In this document: in pieces, positions 18,235 through 27,169 of the stretch
Layout of the letters: the number at the start of each line of letters is the position of its first letter
How positions within the stretch are numbered: the first letter of the stretch is position 1
DNA from: an uncultured Candidatus Saccharibacteria bacterium
GTDB taxonomy: Bacteria; Patescibacteriota; Doudnabacteria; UBA920
Length of the DNA: 64,000 bases
Assembly (NCBI GenBank): GCA_964483665.1
Contig: CAZACP010000001.1
Coordinates: 6,358 to 70,357, forward strand
Reading direction: 5' to 3'
Notes under the pieces: generated by a model
What the model saw: only the letters and a program-made list of their open reading frames with translations
Databases searched by the model: none
Told to the model about the DNA's origin: nothing
Made by a program: the position numbers and the translations under genes

Positions 18235-19152
18235 TTGGAAAATATTATGTCTGAAATTAAAATAAAAAAAAGCTACTTTCAAATTTTCTTGTTGTTTCTA
18301 GTCCGTTGGCTCAACCGGTTTTTTGTCGTACTTTCTTTGCGTAAGTCAAGAAAATTTTGGGGGTTTGTTTATGACAGTGTAACTAAACAGCCGCTTGATC
18401 CCGTAATAGTCAAGCTGGTGTATGCGCAAAGCGGCGAACCCGCTCAAACTTGCGTTACCGACCTCTCCGGTCGCTATGGTTTTTTAGCTCAGCCGGGAAA
18501 ATTTAAAATTTTTGCCAAAAAAAGCAATTACCTTTTTCCCTCGCGGAGAATACAAGGAGGCAGCGACGGAATTTTTACCGATATTTACAAAGGCGAATTT
18601 TTTGAATTATATAACGAGTCCGAAGTTGTCGGACCAAATATTCCTATGGACCCGATAAAAGAAGACTGGAATCAGGTGGCAAAAGCCAAGATTTTAAAGA
18701 CCTATCCTTTTTTAAAATTGTTTTTTAGACGCATACTGCAGGTATTTTTTTGGTTCGGTTTTGTCTGGGCGTTTGTATTTGTACTAAATGACTTTTTTAT
18801 AAGTTATCAAATTAAATTTTCCGGCTGGCCACAGTATATGCTTGCGGCTTATTTAGCCTTATTTCTTCTAAATAGCGCCATTCCAGAATTCAGGCTTTGG
18901 GGAAGGGTGATAGATTTAAAAACCGGCAAACCCGTAACAGAAGCGCAGCTAGAACTTTCTAATCCGGAAATTCAAACGGTTATTTTGGCAAAAGCCAAAA
19001 GTCAAGATGACGGAAGATTTTTATTAAGAGCTAATCCGGGTAAGTATACTTTGCGCATAAGTTTAAAAGGCCTGACTTCAACTATTCCGGTTAAAGTACA
19101 TGGCGAAGGGGTCGTGAATTTGAATTTTAGAATACTGTGGATAAATAACTAA
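18235..19152 (+). CDS. Membrane protein with two carboxypeptidase-regulatory-like beta-sandwich domains
   Basis: VYDSVTKQPLDPVIVKL...TDLSGRYGF pattern occurs twice; central TM helices. Confidence 0.45.
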   Translation: MENIMSEIKIKKSYFQIFLLFLVRWLNRFFVVLSLRKSRKFWGFVYDSVTKQPLDPVIVKLVYAQSGEPAQTCVTDLSGRYGFLAQPGKFKIFAKKSNYLFPSRRIQGGSDGIFTDIYKGEFFELYNESEVVGPNIPMDPIKEDWNQVAKAKILKTYPFLKLFFRRILQVFFWFGFVWAFVFVLNDFFISYQIKFSGWPQYMLAAYLALFLLNSAIPEFRLWGRVIDLKTGKPVTEAQLELSNPEIQTVILAKAKSQDDGRFLLRANPGKYTLRISLKGLTSTIPVKVHGEGVVNLNFRILWINN

Positions 19153-19183
19153 GCAATATTTATTTGTCTTGTATAATAGAGGT

Positions 19184-19570
19184 ATGGACAAAACCCAAAA
19201 GAAAATATTGATTGTGGAAGACGACACATCTTTGCTAAATACTCTGGCCGACAAGCTTGTTTCTCAGGGTTTTTCTGTAATGAAGGCAGAGGACGGAAAA
19301 AGGGCAATAGACAGTATTCTGCATCATAAACCGGGCTTAATTCTGCTTGATTTGCTTATTCCGGAGGTAGACGGCTACCAGGTATTACAAACAGTCAGAA
19401 CTCATGGCGACCCGCACGTTTCGGCCACCCCTGTAATAGTGTTAAGTAATTTGTGGAGCGATAAAGATATATTAAAGGCTAAGGCGCTTAGGGTTAGTGA
19501 GTATTATGTTAAGGCTCATACAAATTTGGAAGACGTTTACAAAAAAATATCTGAACTAATAAGTTCATAG
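19184..19570 (+). CDS. Stand-alone response-regulator receiver domain protein
   Basis: ILIVEDD...LILLDLLIP...D...K REC signature; no output domain. Confidence 0.8.
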   Translation: MDKTQKKILIVEDDTSLLNTLADKLVSQGFSVMKAEDGKRAIDSILHHKPGLILLDLLIPEVDGYQVLQTVRTHGDPHVSATPVIVLSNLWSDKDILKAKALRVSEYYVKAHTNLEDVYKKISELISS

Positions 19571-19612
19571 TTAAAACATATTTTATTTAATTTGTCAAGT
19601 ATATATTGTTGT

Positions 19613-19641
19613 TTGACAATGCTGTAAACTTGTATTACAAT
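19613..19641 (+). promoter_or_regulatory. Sigma-70-type promoter (TTGACA-17-TACAAT)
   Basis: ttgaca atgctgtaaacttgtat tacaat. Confidence 0.5.
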
Positions 19642-19651
19642 ACTCTTAATT

Positions 19652-19671
19652 AAAGGCCGCAAGTGGCCTTT
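19652..19671 (+). terminator. Hairpin aaaggcc-gcaagt-ggccttt plus T-rich tail, directly after the promoter
   Basis: Perfect 7-bp stem; terminator or attenuator between the receiver gene and secE. Confidence 0.45.
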
Positions 19672-19702
19672 TAAAAAAGCCTTTTTGTTTTTAAAGTAAT
19701 TT

Positions 19703-19885
19703 ATGAATATTTTAAATTTTTTCGTTGAAGTCAAAAATGAGTTAGCAAAGGTAGTTTGGCCGACACGCAAACAAACAATCCAGTATACGGCTGTGGTCAT
19801 AGTATTTAGTTTGGTAATTTCCTTAATTTTAGGCGCGGCTGACCTCGGACTCTTTACAATTTTTGAAAAAATAGTCGCCAGATAA
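19703..19885 (+). CDS. secE: Preprotein translocase subunit SecE
   Basis: 60 aa single-TM; VKNELAKVVWPTRKQ conserved; upstream of nusG. Confidence 0.8.
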   Translation: MNILNFFVEVKNELAKVVWPTRKQTIQYTAVVIVFSLVISLILGAADLGLFTIFEKIVAR

Positions 19886-19886
19886 A

Positions 19887-20423
19887 ATGTTGCCACCTGG
19901 ACATATTGCGGCCGGATATTTAACTGCACTGGCAGCCATAAAAATATTCAAGCCGGACTTTGACCAACAACAAATAAACCAGCTTTTAGTTTTAGGTATG
20001 TTTTGGGGCTTTGCTCCGGATTTAGATGTTTTTTATTCGTTTTATAAGCTTAAAAGTTTTACTTCGGACATTAACAAGGCTGATCATAGAAAATTTGTTA
20101 GTCATTCACCCGTTTTATGGTTGGCTGTAGGCGCAATATTTTATTTTTTTGTTAACAGTTCGTTTTTAAAGTTTAACGCTTTAGTGTTTGTAGCCGGAAG
20201 CTTTAGTCATTTTATTTTAGACAGCATTGAGTACGGAATTCCTTGGCTATGGCCGTTTAAAAGCCGTTTGTTCGCAATAATAAATCCGGGCAAGAAAATA
20301 TTTGAGGTAAAGGAAAAAAGTTTTTTTAAGCACTGGACGGCATTTGTTAAGTTTTATATAACCAGGCCGACATTTTATTTTGAACTTTTAATAATTAGTC
20401 TATTTGTAATCATTAGTATTTAG
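19887..20423 (+). CDS. Membrane-bound metal-dependent hydrolase (YdjM/DUF457 family) inserted between secE and nusG
   Basis: HIAAGY...PDLD...H motifs and a multi-TM profile. Confidence 0.55.
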   Translation: MLPPGHIAAGYLTALAAIKIFKPDFDQQQINQLLVLGMFWGFAPDLDVFYSFYKLKSFTSDINKADHRKFVSHSPVLWLAVGAIFYFFVNSSFLKFNALVFVAGSFSHFILDSIEYGIPWLWPFKSRLFAIINPGKKIFEVKEKSFFKHWTAFVKFYITRPTFYFELLIISLFVIISI

Positions 20424-20430
20424 TAAAGCT

Positions 20431-20976
20431 ATGTCACGACAACAAGTTACCGGAGAAAAACATTGGTACGTGCTCCACACCTACTCAGGCTATGAAGACA
20501 GCGTTGCCTTTAACTTAAAGCAGCGTATTGAGTCTTTAAATATGCAGGACAGTATTTTCGATGTTATAGTGCCAAAGGAAAAGAAAATTAAAATTTCCGG
20601 CGGAAAACGCGTTACCGTAGAAGAGAAAATTTTCCCGGGTTATGTTTTGGTAAATATGATAGTAACCGACGATTCCTGGTATGTGGTCAGAAACACGCCC
20701 AATGTAACGGGGTTTGTGGGCAGCGGTACTGTGCCAACGCCTATTGCGCAGGAAGAATGGGATTATTTGCAGAAAAGAATGGGCCAGGAAGAACCGAAAT
20801 TTAAAGTGGATTTTCAGATTGGCGAATTAGTCAGAATTTTTGACGGACCATTTAAAGACTATGAAGGTAAGGTGGGGAATGTGGACGAACAGCACGGCAA
20901 GGTAAAAGTTATGGTCACCATTTTCGGCAGAGAAACACCGGTAGAGCTGGACTTTTTGCAGGTTAAAAAAATATAA
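20431..20976 (+). CDS. nusG: Transcription termination/antitermination factor NusG
   Basis: HWYVLHTYSGYE NGN domain plus C-terminal KOW (GELVRIFDGPFKDYEGKV). Confidence 0.95.
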   Translation: MSRQQVTGEKHWYVLHTYSGYEDSVAFNLKQRIESLNMQDSIFDVIVPKEKKIKISGGKRVTVEEKIFPGYVLVNMIVTDDSWYVVRNTPNVTGFVGSGTVPTPIAQEEWDYLQKRMGQEEPKFKVDFQIGELVRIFDGPFKDYEGKVGNVDEQHGKVKVMVTIFGRETPVELDFLQVKKI

Positions 20977-21070
20977 CTACAGAAGGCTACAGAAAGAATT
21001 CACTACGGATACCTACAGAAAACTACAGAATCTATATATTCAAGTAATCATAATCTATTAATCATATTCT

Positions 21071-21271
21071 ATGAACGAAAAAGATCCACTGAGACTAATT
21101 GAACAAAGTGATGTTAACGTAATTATTGATATGAATAAAGCAATTGCGAATTTTTATAATCTCTCGGATGATGGTAAAGAACGTTATGTTGCAATGTTGT
21201 CAGAAGCCCAAAAGGATAATATTAGGCTAACTTTGCAAAACTGGATGCGATTGATTGAAAAAGAAAAATAA
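21071..21271 (+). CDS. Small hypothetical protein inserted between nusG and rplK
   Basis: 66 aa; flanked by ctacagaa words upstream and gaatttaggatttaata direct repeats downstream. Confidence 0.35.
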   Translation: MNEKDPLRLIEQSDVNVIIDMNKAIANFYNLSDDGKERYVAMLSEAQKDNIRLTLQNWMRLIEKEK

Positions 21272-21377
21272 TTTTATCCCTAATTCATACTTCGCGCTTC
21301 TCGAATTATGAATTTAGGATTTAATAATTAGAATTTGTTTCGGATTTCGATATTCGAATTTAGGATTTAATACGTTT

Positions 21378-21803
21378 ATGGCTAAAAAAGTTAAAGTAGA
21401 ATTAAAACTTACCTTACCCGCGGGCAAGGCAACCCCGGCACCTCCGGTTGGTACCGCCCTTGGACCCCACGGCGTAAACATTGCGCAGTTCGTTAAGGAA
21501 TTTAACGACAGAACCGCTCCCATGGGAGATTTAATGATCCCGGCGGTTTTAACTATTTTTGAAGACCGCTCGTTTACTTTTATTTTAAAGACTCCGCCGG
21601 CTTCCAACTTAATTATGAAGGCGATTGGTCTTGCCAAAGGCAGCGCCAACCCTCTTTCGACAAAAGTGGGAAAAATTACCAAAAAGCAGGTTAGGGAAAT
21701 CGCGGAAAAGAAAATGCCGGATTTAAACGCCGCAAGTTTGGAAGCGGCAGAAAAAATAATTGCCGGAACTGCCCGCAGTATGGGTGTGGAAGTTATAGAT
21801 TAA
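21378..21803 (+). CDS. rplK: 50S ribosomal protein L11
   Basis: [34 protein letters not shown]. Confidence 0.95.
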   Translation: MAKKVKVELKLTLPAGKATPAPPVGTALGPHGVNIAQFVKEFNDRTAPMGDLMIPAVLTIFEDRSFTFILKTPPASNLIMKAIGLAKGSANPLSTKVGKITKKQVREIAEKKMPDLNAASLEAAEKIIAGTARSMGVEVID

Positions 21804-21863
21804 TTTAAAATTTTAATATCAAAAATTTAAAATTAATGAGCCCCTTTCGGGGCAACTAAATCT

Positions 21864-22196
21864 ATGTCACTAAAAAAAGCATACCTATATTTGGTTTCGG
21901 TCATCTCTTTGGTTATTTGGGTAATAGGCGCAATTATGCTCCTAAATATGGCGCTAAAAACCTGGGTCTTCCCAAAAGCAGACCAAGATTTTTATTCCTA
22001 CCCATGCGTAGCAAAGTATAATCCGGACGGTAGTCAAACACAATGCACCCCAGAAGAGGAGGCTAGGCAAAAAAAGCAGTCAGACGAAAACCGCTCTGCG
22101 CAAAAACAGCGCGATGCAGCCCAGGCTTTGGCTATGATAATAGTCGCAGCCCCGGTCTGGTACGGACATTGGAGACTTGCTAAGAAAGAAGTATAA
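21864..22196 (+). CDS. Small two-TM membrane protein inserted between rplK and rplA
   Basis: Two hydrophobic helices; preceded by a gcccc-tttc-ggggc hairpin. Confidence 0.45.
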   Translation: MSLKKAYLYLVSVISLVIWVIGAIMLLNMALKTWVFPKADQDFYSYPCVAKYNPDGSQTQCTPEEEARQKKQSDENRSAQKQRDAAQALAMIIVAAPVWYGHWRLAKKEV

Positions 22197-22278
22197 AGTA
22201 AACAATTAACCATAAACAATTTACAATTAACTCTTGTGGGAGATCTGACAAGATCGTTTACCACGAAAGGAATAGAGT

Positions 22279-22959
22279 ATGAAAATCGCTAAACGCGTAA
22301 AAGCCAATATGGCTTTAGTGGAAAAAGATAAAGTATATAGCCCGGAAGAGGCTATAGAGCTTGCTAAAAAAACCGCTAACACTAAGTTTGTCGGCAGCGT
22401 TGAAGTTCATGTAAAAATGAAAATCGACTCAAAGAAAACCGACCAGGCTGTTCGCGGCACGGTTAGCTTGCCAAACGGCACAGGCAAAAGCAAGAAAGTT
22501 GCGGCTTTTGTTACGGAAAGCAAGGAAAAAGAAGCCAAAGAAGCCGGGGCTTTTGTAGTTGGCGGCGAAGAATTAATAAAGCAAATTAAAGAAACCGGCA
22601 AAGTGGACTTTGAGGTTGCTATTGCCGAACCGGCAATGATGATAAAATTAGCTCCCCTGGCCAAGATTTTAGGACCAAAAGGCGTAATGCCCAACCCTAA
22701 GACCGGCACTGTAGGCGAGAATATTGGCCAAATTGTGAAGGAAATTGCAGGCGGAAAGGTTAACTTTAAGAACGACGACAGCGGCAATATCCACCAAATT
22801 ATTGGCAAAACCAATTTTGAAAGCAAAGCGCTTTTGGAAAATTTAAAGGCTTTTTACTCGGCTTTAGTGGCAGCCAAGCCGGCTACCCTGAAGGGCCAGT
22901 TTATTTCCGGAGTGAGCTTAAATTCCACAATGGGCCCTGGAATAAAGGTGAAGATTTAA
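22279..22959 (+). CDS. rplA: 50S ribosomal protein L1
   Basis: L1 conserved blocks (FVGSVEVHVKM..., GPKGVMPNPKTGTV). Confidence 0.95.
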   Translation: MKIAKRVKANMALVEKDKVYSPEEAIELAKKTANTKFVGSVEVHVKMKIDSKKTDQAVRGTVSLPNGTGKSKKVAAFVTESKEKEAKEAGAFVVGGEELIKQIKETGKVDFEVAIAEPAMMIKLAPLAKILGPKGVMPNPKTGTVGENIGQIVKEIAGGKVNFKNDDSGNIHQIIGKTNFESKALLENLKAFYSALVAAKPATLKGQFISGVSLNSTMGPGIKVKI

Positions 22960-22977
22960 AATTATCAGGCGGTAATA

Positions 22978-23011
22978 AAACAACCTCTGTGTACACAGAG
23001 GTTGTTTTTTG
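22978..23011 (+). terminator. Rho-independent terminator after rplA
   Basis: aacaacctctgtgtacacagaggttgtt followed by tttttt. Confidence 0.85.
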
Positions 23012-23051
23012 CTATATTTAATTTGCATTTACCTATAACTAAAAACTCCTT

Positions 23052-23483
23052 ATGTCTGACGATTCGATGAAAAAAGTTTTAATAGTTGAGGACGACATAG
23101 ATTTTAGAAATCCGCTTAGGGATTTTTTAACCGCCCAGGGTTTTGCCGTGAGCGTGGCCGACGACGGAGAGCAGGCTATAGATAGAATGCTGGTTCACAG
23201 GCCGCATTTAATTATTTTAGATTTGTTATTGCCTAAAATTCACGGTTTTGAAGTTTTAAAAAGGATCCGTGAATATCCTGAGGCGGAAGTTGCCAAAATC
23301 CCGGTGATTATTTTGAGTAATTTAGCCAGCGAAGCCGACGTAAAACAGGGGAATGCTTTGGGCGTTAGCGCGTATTTTATAAAAGCGCATACGTCAAAGG
23401 ACGAAATTTTGGCCAAAATTAAAGAAATTTTATTTGGCAGCGCGGACGCGAAAACCAGTGATGTTTGGGATTTTACGCAATGA
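23052..23483 (+). CDS. Stand-alone response-regulator receiver domain protein (paralog of 19184..19570)
   Basis: VLIVEDD...LIILDLLLP...; C-terminal ILSNLASEAD...YFIKAHT parallels the other copy. Confidence 0.8.
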   Translation: MSDDSMKKVLIVEDDIDFRNPLRDFLTAQGFAVSVADDGEQAIDRMLVHRPHLIILDLLLPKIHGFEVLKRIREYPEAEVAKIPVIILSNLASEADVKQGNALGVSAYFIKAHTSKDEILAKIKEILFGSADAKTSDVWDFTQ

Positions 23484-23530
23484 CCGCAGATACGCAGATT
23501 AAAAACAGATCGCGTATATAAAAAATAAGA

Positions 23531-23566
23531 AAGCCGCCGTTGGTGGTTACCGCGGGCGGCTTTTTG
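23531..23566. terminator. Bidirectional terminator
   Basis: aaagccgccgttggtggttaccgcgggcggcttttt with T-runs on both strands. Confidence 0.75.
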
Positions 23567-23586
23567 CTTTTCGCGCTGGTTGGCGC

Positions 23587-23751
23587 TTATATAGAACAAA
23601 CGCTTGATGTCGACAGGGTTGGGTTTTCCTGAATGATTAGCTGAGCCTCAAGCCAGTCATTCAAATCGTCTGTGCTGGGAATCCAATGGGGGATTTTCAG
23701 ATCCACGCCTTTAAATTCCGCTAACATCATCAGATGCTTTGTATATAACAT
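23587..23751 (-). CDS. Orphan 54-aa protein with a perfect SD (tctggaggataagtATG)
   Basis: Internal ATG of the listed ORF 23587..23814; GGAGG at the ideal spacing. Confidence 0.45.
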   Translation of the reverse strand: MLYTKHLMMLAEFKGVDLKIPHWIPSTDDLNDWLEAQLIIQENPTLSTSSVCSI

Positions 23752-23965
23752 ACTTATCCTCCAGATTTGTAGTTTCACGGACACCCAAGAAATTAGGTAT
23801 CCATCAAAATACAAAAACCCGTCCCGCTAAGCGGGACGGGTTTGTAAAATGTAAGGAATTAATTACTTACATACAAAAACCTCGCCCCAGCGGGGGTAAG
23901 TAGGCTAAGAAGCAAACCTAAGGTTTTTTGTATGAAATTCATAGAAATATTTTAAACCAATTAAA

Positions 23966-24092
23966 AAATTTTGTCAACCCAGTAGAATTACATTACTATT
24001 TGTAAAAAATAATTTTCAATATTTTTAACTAATTTATTTAAGTATAAAACAATTGCGAATAACTAGGTTGTAATGTAGATCTACTGGGTCAA
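23966..24092. repeat. About 25-nt imperfect inverted repeat (tgtcaacccagtagaattacattac / gtaatgtagatctactgggtcaaaa) around a ~55-bp AT-rich spacer
   Basis: Read directly from the sequence; MITE-like or an operator palindrome. Confidence 0.7.
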
Positions 24093-24113
24093 AAGTAAAA
24101 GCAGCTCTGGGGG

Positions 24114-24416
24114 CTAGTATGGGGTCGTTTTGCCCGCGGAGCTGCTTTTTTGTTCGTTACTCGATATTTCCTCCTTGTTATGGGGCCGGTTTGGCCTCGT
24201 AGTCTTTGTCAAAAGTTGGGCCTGAGAGCTCAACTTTGCAACAATACTTTGTTTCGACGCTCTGTTTAATGTTTGGTCCCAGATTTTAAAACTGAGCGTT
24301 AGACAACTATTTCTCTGGACGCAAATTAGGCGTATTTCAGCCTTCTTGCCATCCAAAACCACTTCAATCGGGGCAGGCCTTTCATTATTGAGAGGCTGAA
24401 TAAATCGGATGGTCAT
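24114..24416 (-). CDS. Orphan 100-aa protein with a perfect SD (ccggaggacgcaaaaATG)
   Basis: Starts MTIRFIQPLNNERPAPIEVVLDGKKAEIRL; a faint AbrB/MazE-like N-terminal flavour only. Confidence 0.45.
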   Translation of the reverse strand: MTIRFIQPLNNERPAPIEVVLDGKKAEIRLICVQRNSCLTLSFKIWDQTLNRASKQSIVAKLSSQAQLLTKTTRPNRPHNKEEISSNEQKSSSAGKTTPY

Positions 24417-24457
24417 TTTTGCGTCCTCCGGTCCGCCTTTGGCGGGCCGCAAGATAC

Positions 24458-24482
24458 AAAAAAACTCCCCGGCTTTAGGGAG
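24458..24482 (-). terminator. Minus-strand hairpin terminator upstream of the orphan gene
   Basis: ctccctaaagccggggag followed by ttttttt on the minus strand. Confidence 0.5.
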
Positions 24483-24628
24483 TAAAAGGGTTTAAATTTT
24501 ATAAAATTTATTAAACCATATTTTTTGTCCCAAAGCCAAAGCCAGATGACTTCTTAGTCATCTTAGTGGTCTTGGTTGTAAGGGACAAAATGTTATTCAT
24601 ATAGCAATTTTATGGTTAAAAACTATTT

Positions 24629-24657
24629 TTGTCAAAGACGGTAAATTATAGTAATAT
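24629..24657 (+). promoter_or_regulatory. Sigma-70-type promoter for dcd (TTGTCA-17-TAATAT)
   Basis: ttgtca aagacggtaaattatag taatat, 38 nt before the dcd ATG. Confidence 0.5.
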
Positions 24658-24694
24658 TAAACAGTGCAATTAAACAATCATCAAAATTAAAAAT

Positions 24695-25285
24695 ATGATT
24701 CTTTCTGACAAAGACATAAAAAAAGCCTTAAAAAATGGCCAGATTAGCATAGACCCTTTGTTCCCGGGCAGCATTCAGCCGGCCAGCGTGGACTTGCACT
24801 TGGGCCCGGATTTTTTAGTTTTTTCCACAGACCAGCATACCTGCATAGACCCTAAACAGCCCATAGACGATATGATGAAAGCAGTAAAAATAGACGACAA
24901 GCGCCAATTTATTTTGCACCCGGGTGAATTTGCTTTGGGTATGGTGTATGAAGTTGTGGGCGTGGCAGACAATATGGTAGGCAGGCTCGAAGGCAAATCT
25001 TCCTTAGGCAGAATGGGACTAATAATTCACGCCACAGCCGGGTACTTGGACCCCGGCAACAAGCTAAAAATGACTTTAGAGCTTTCTAATTTGTCTACTT
25101 TGCCAATAAAGCTGTATTACAAAATGCCTATTGCGCAAATGTCGTTTACCCCGCTATCATCACCAGCGGAAAACGCTTATGGCAAAACCAAATTAAATTC
25201 TAAATACTACGGAGCAATGAAGCCTCAGGCCAGCCAGTACTATAAAAATTTTACTAAGAATAATGGTTGGATGAAAATGAAGTAG
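24695..25285 (+). CDS. dcd: dCTP deaminase
   Basis: MILSDKDI...SVDLHLG... motifs of the dCTP deaminase/dUTPase superfamily; 196 aa. Confidence 0.9.
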   Translation: MILSDKDIKKALKNGQISIDPLFPGSIQPASVDLHLGPDFLVFSTDQHTCIDPKQPIDDMMKAVKIDDKRQFILHPGEFALGMVYEVVGVADNMVGRLEGKSSLGRMGLIIHATAGYLDPGNKLKMTLELSNLSTLPIKLYYKMPIAQMSFTPLSSPAENAYGKTKLNSKYYGAMKPQASQYYKNFTKNNGWMKMK

Positions 25286-25370
25286 GCTACGAAAGTACTA
25301 AATGTACCAAAATACTAAAATTGTTTTCGTATTTCGTACTTTCGTAAATTTTCGTAATTTAGTAGCCCAT

Positions 25371-25808
25371 ATGAGAACAAAAATAACCAGGTTAGACAAA
25401 ACAGTAGAGCTTCCTAAATACCACACCAGTGAGTCCGCGGCTTTTGATTTAGCCGCGAATGAAGACGCGGTTATAAAACCAGGGGAAATTGGCAAAATAA
25501 AAACCGGGTTAATAATAGAAGCGCCCAAGGGACATTTTTTGCTTATAGCCGCCCGCAGCAGTTTGGGACTAAAAAAAGGTCTTAAGCTAGTTAACGGAAT
25601 AGGCGTGGTAGACAGAGACTACGCCGGACCCACAGACGAAATTCATATTTTAGTTCATAACTTTACCGCACTGCCGGTAGAAATTAAAAAAGGCGACAGG
25701 CTAGCCCAAGGCATGTTTGTAAAGGTTGATCAAATTGAATGGGAAGAAGTAGATAATATTCGCGAGCAGAGCAGGGGAGGGTACGGAAGCACGGGAGGTT
25801 ACAAATAA
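25371..25808 (+). CDS. dut: dUTP diphosphatase
   Basis: dUTPase motifs (SAAFDL, GLIIEAP, GVVDRDYAG, RGGYGSTG); the upstream part of the listed ORF is ttcgta word repeat. Confidence 0.85.
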   Translation: MRTKITRLDKTVELPKYHTSESAAFDLAANEDAVIKPGEIGKIKTGLIIEAPKGHFLLIAARSSLGLKKGLKLVNGIGVVDRDYAGPTDEIHILVHNFTALPVEIKKGDRLAQGMFVKVDQIEWEEVDNIREQSRGGYGSTGGYK

Positions 25809-25822
25809 ATTTTAAATTTCAA

Positions 25823-26371
25823 ATGTCAAATTTTAAATTAATTATAGGGCTTGTTGGGGAAAAATTAGCCGGAAAAGACACTGTGGCTAACTATTTGGTT
25901 AAATCCAAAGGCGCTTTTCATATTCGTTTTACCCATATTTTAGACGAAATACTAACCTCGCTAGACCTTCCTTTGTCGCGCAGGAATGAAATAGACTTAG
26001 GGCTTGGTTTGAGAAAAGTTTTTGGCGACGGGGTTTTGGGCAAGGCCGTGGTGAAAAGAGCGCTTTCTGCCAACGAAGATTTTATAGTTATAAACGGCAT
26101 ACGAATGGATGAAATGAAGAATGTAAAAGAAATTGGCGCGAAAGTTATTTATGTTACCGCCCCGGTAAATTTAAGGTTTGAGCGTTACAAGCAGCGCCAT
26201 GAAAAAGCAGACGACGGTGTTATGAACCTAGAGCAGTTTGTGCAGCAGGAAAAAGAATTAACCGAAATAGGCATTCCCGAATTAGGCAAACAGGCGGATT
26301 TTAAAATTGAAAATACCGGCAGCGTGGAAGAATTATATAAACAAGTTGAAGAAATATTAGCCAAATTCTAA
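25823..26371 (+). CDS. P-loop nucleotide kinase; the P-loop resembles phage-type dNMP kinases
   Basis: GLVGEKLAGKDTVANYL compares to the T4 dNMP kinase GVKRSGKDTTADF; it sits in a dTTP-pathway cluster. Confidence 0.5.
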   Translation: MSNFKLIIGLVGEKLAGKDTVANYLVKSKGAFHIRFTHILDEILTSLDLPLSRRNEIDLGLGLRKVFGDGVLGKAVVKRALSANEDFIVINGIRMDEMKNVKEIGAKVIYVTAPVNLRFERYKQRHEKADDGVMNLEQFVQQEKELTEIGIPELGKQADFKIENTGSVEELYKQVEEILAKF

Positions 26372-26374
26372 AGT

Positions 26375-27112
26375 ATGGCCATTTTGAGGTTTGGAAAAAC
26401 AAAAAAGAAAGAAGAACCGCAGCGCGGGCGTTTTATAGTTATAGACGGGACTGACGGCAGCGGCAAGGCAACTCAGACTAAAATGCTCATAGAAACTTTG
26501 CGCTTGGAAAATTATCCGGTGGAAATGGTGGACTTTCCCCAATACGGCACCAAGTCCGCAGGCATAATTGAAGAATATTTAAACGGCAAATACGGGCAAG
26601 TGAGTCCTCAGGCAGCCAGTATTTTTTACGCTATAGACAGGTTTGACGCCAGTTACAAAATTCGGGAGTGGCTTTTGCAAGGCAAGATTGTTATTGCTAA
26701 CCGTTATGTAACGGCCAATGCCGGACATCAGGGCGGAAAAATTGAAAGCGACTTTCAACGCCTAAAATTTTTTAAGTGGCTAAATAATTTAGAGTACGAG
26801 GTGTTTAATATCCCAAGGCCGGATTTAAACATAATTCTTCATGTGCCGGCGGAAATAGCTCAAACTTTGGTAGATAAAAAGTCCGTTAGCGACCGGGCTT
26901 ATGTGAACGGAAAAAAGCGCGACTTGCACGAGTCGGATATTGAGCATTTAAAAAACGCGGAAAAAGTCTATTTGGAAATAGCCAAGCTGTTTCCAAATAC
27001 AAAATTAATAGAGTGCGTGGAAGCCGGCAGGCTGCTTGAGCCGAACACTGTACACAACAAAGTTTGGCAACTGGTAAGACGCATAGGTTTAAAAGATTTT
27101 AAAGTAAAGTAG
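26375..27112 (+). CDS. tmk: Thymidylate kinase
   Basis: FIVIDGTDGSGKATQ P-loop; DRY-like motif; 245 aa. Confidence 0.9.
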   Translation: MAILRFGKTKKKEEPQRGRFIVIDGTDGSGKATQTKMLIETLRLENYPVEMVDFPQYGTKSAGIIEEYLNGKYGQVSPQAASIFYAIDRFDASYKIREWLLQGKIVIANRYVTANAGHQGGKIESDFQRLKFFKWLNNLEYEVFNIPRPDLNIILHVPAEIAQTLVDKKSVSDRAYVNGKKRDLHESDIEHLKNAEKVYLEIAKLFPNTKLIECVEAGRLLEPNTVHNKVWQLVRRIGLKDFKVK

Positions 27113-27119
27113 TTTATCT

Positions 27120-27160
27120 CACAGATACGCAGATACTTCAGAGCGCACAGATAAAACACC
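27120..27160. repeat. Left cacagata-type repeat block bracketing the GxxExxY ORF
   Basis: tctcacagatacgcagatac...cacagataaaac; its reverse complement (gtatctgagtatctgtg) lies at 27545..27585. Confidence 0.7.
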
Positions 27161-27169
27161 AGGAATTTT

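Noticed and set aside
22200-22278. L1 autoregulatory mRNA site in front of rplA (gggagatctgacaagatc)
   Set aside because: Only a vague resemblance to the L1-binding rRNA mimic. I could not reconstruct the required helix-bulge-helix, so it is left unannotated.
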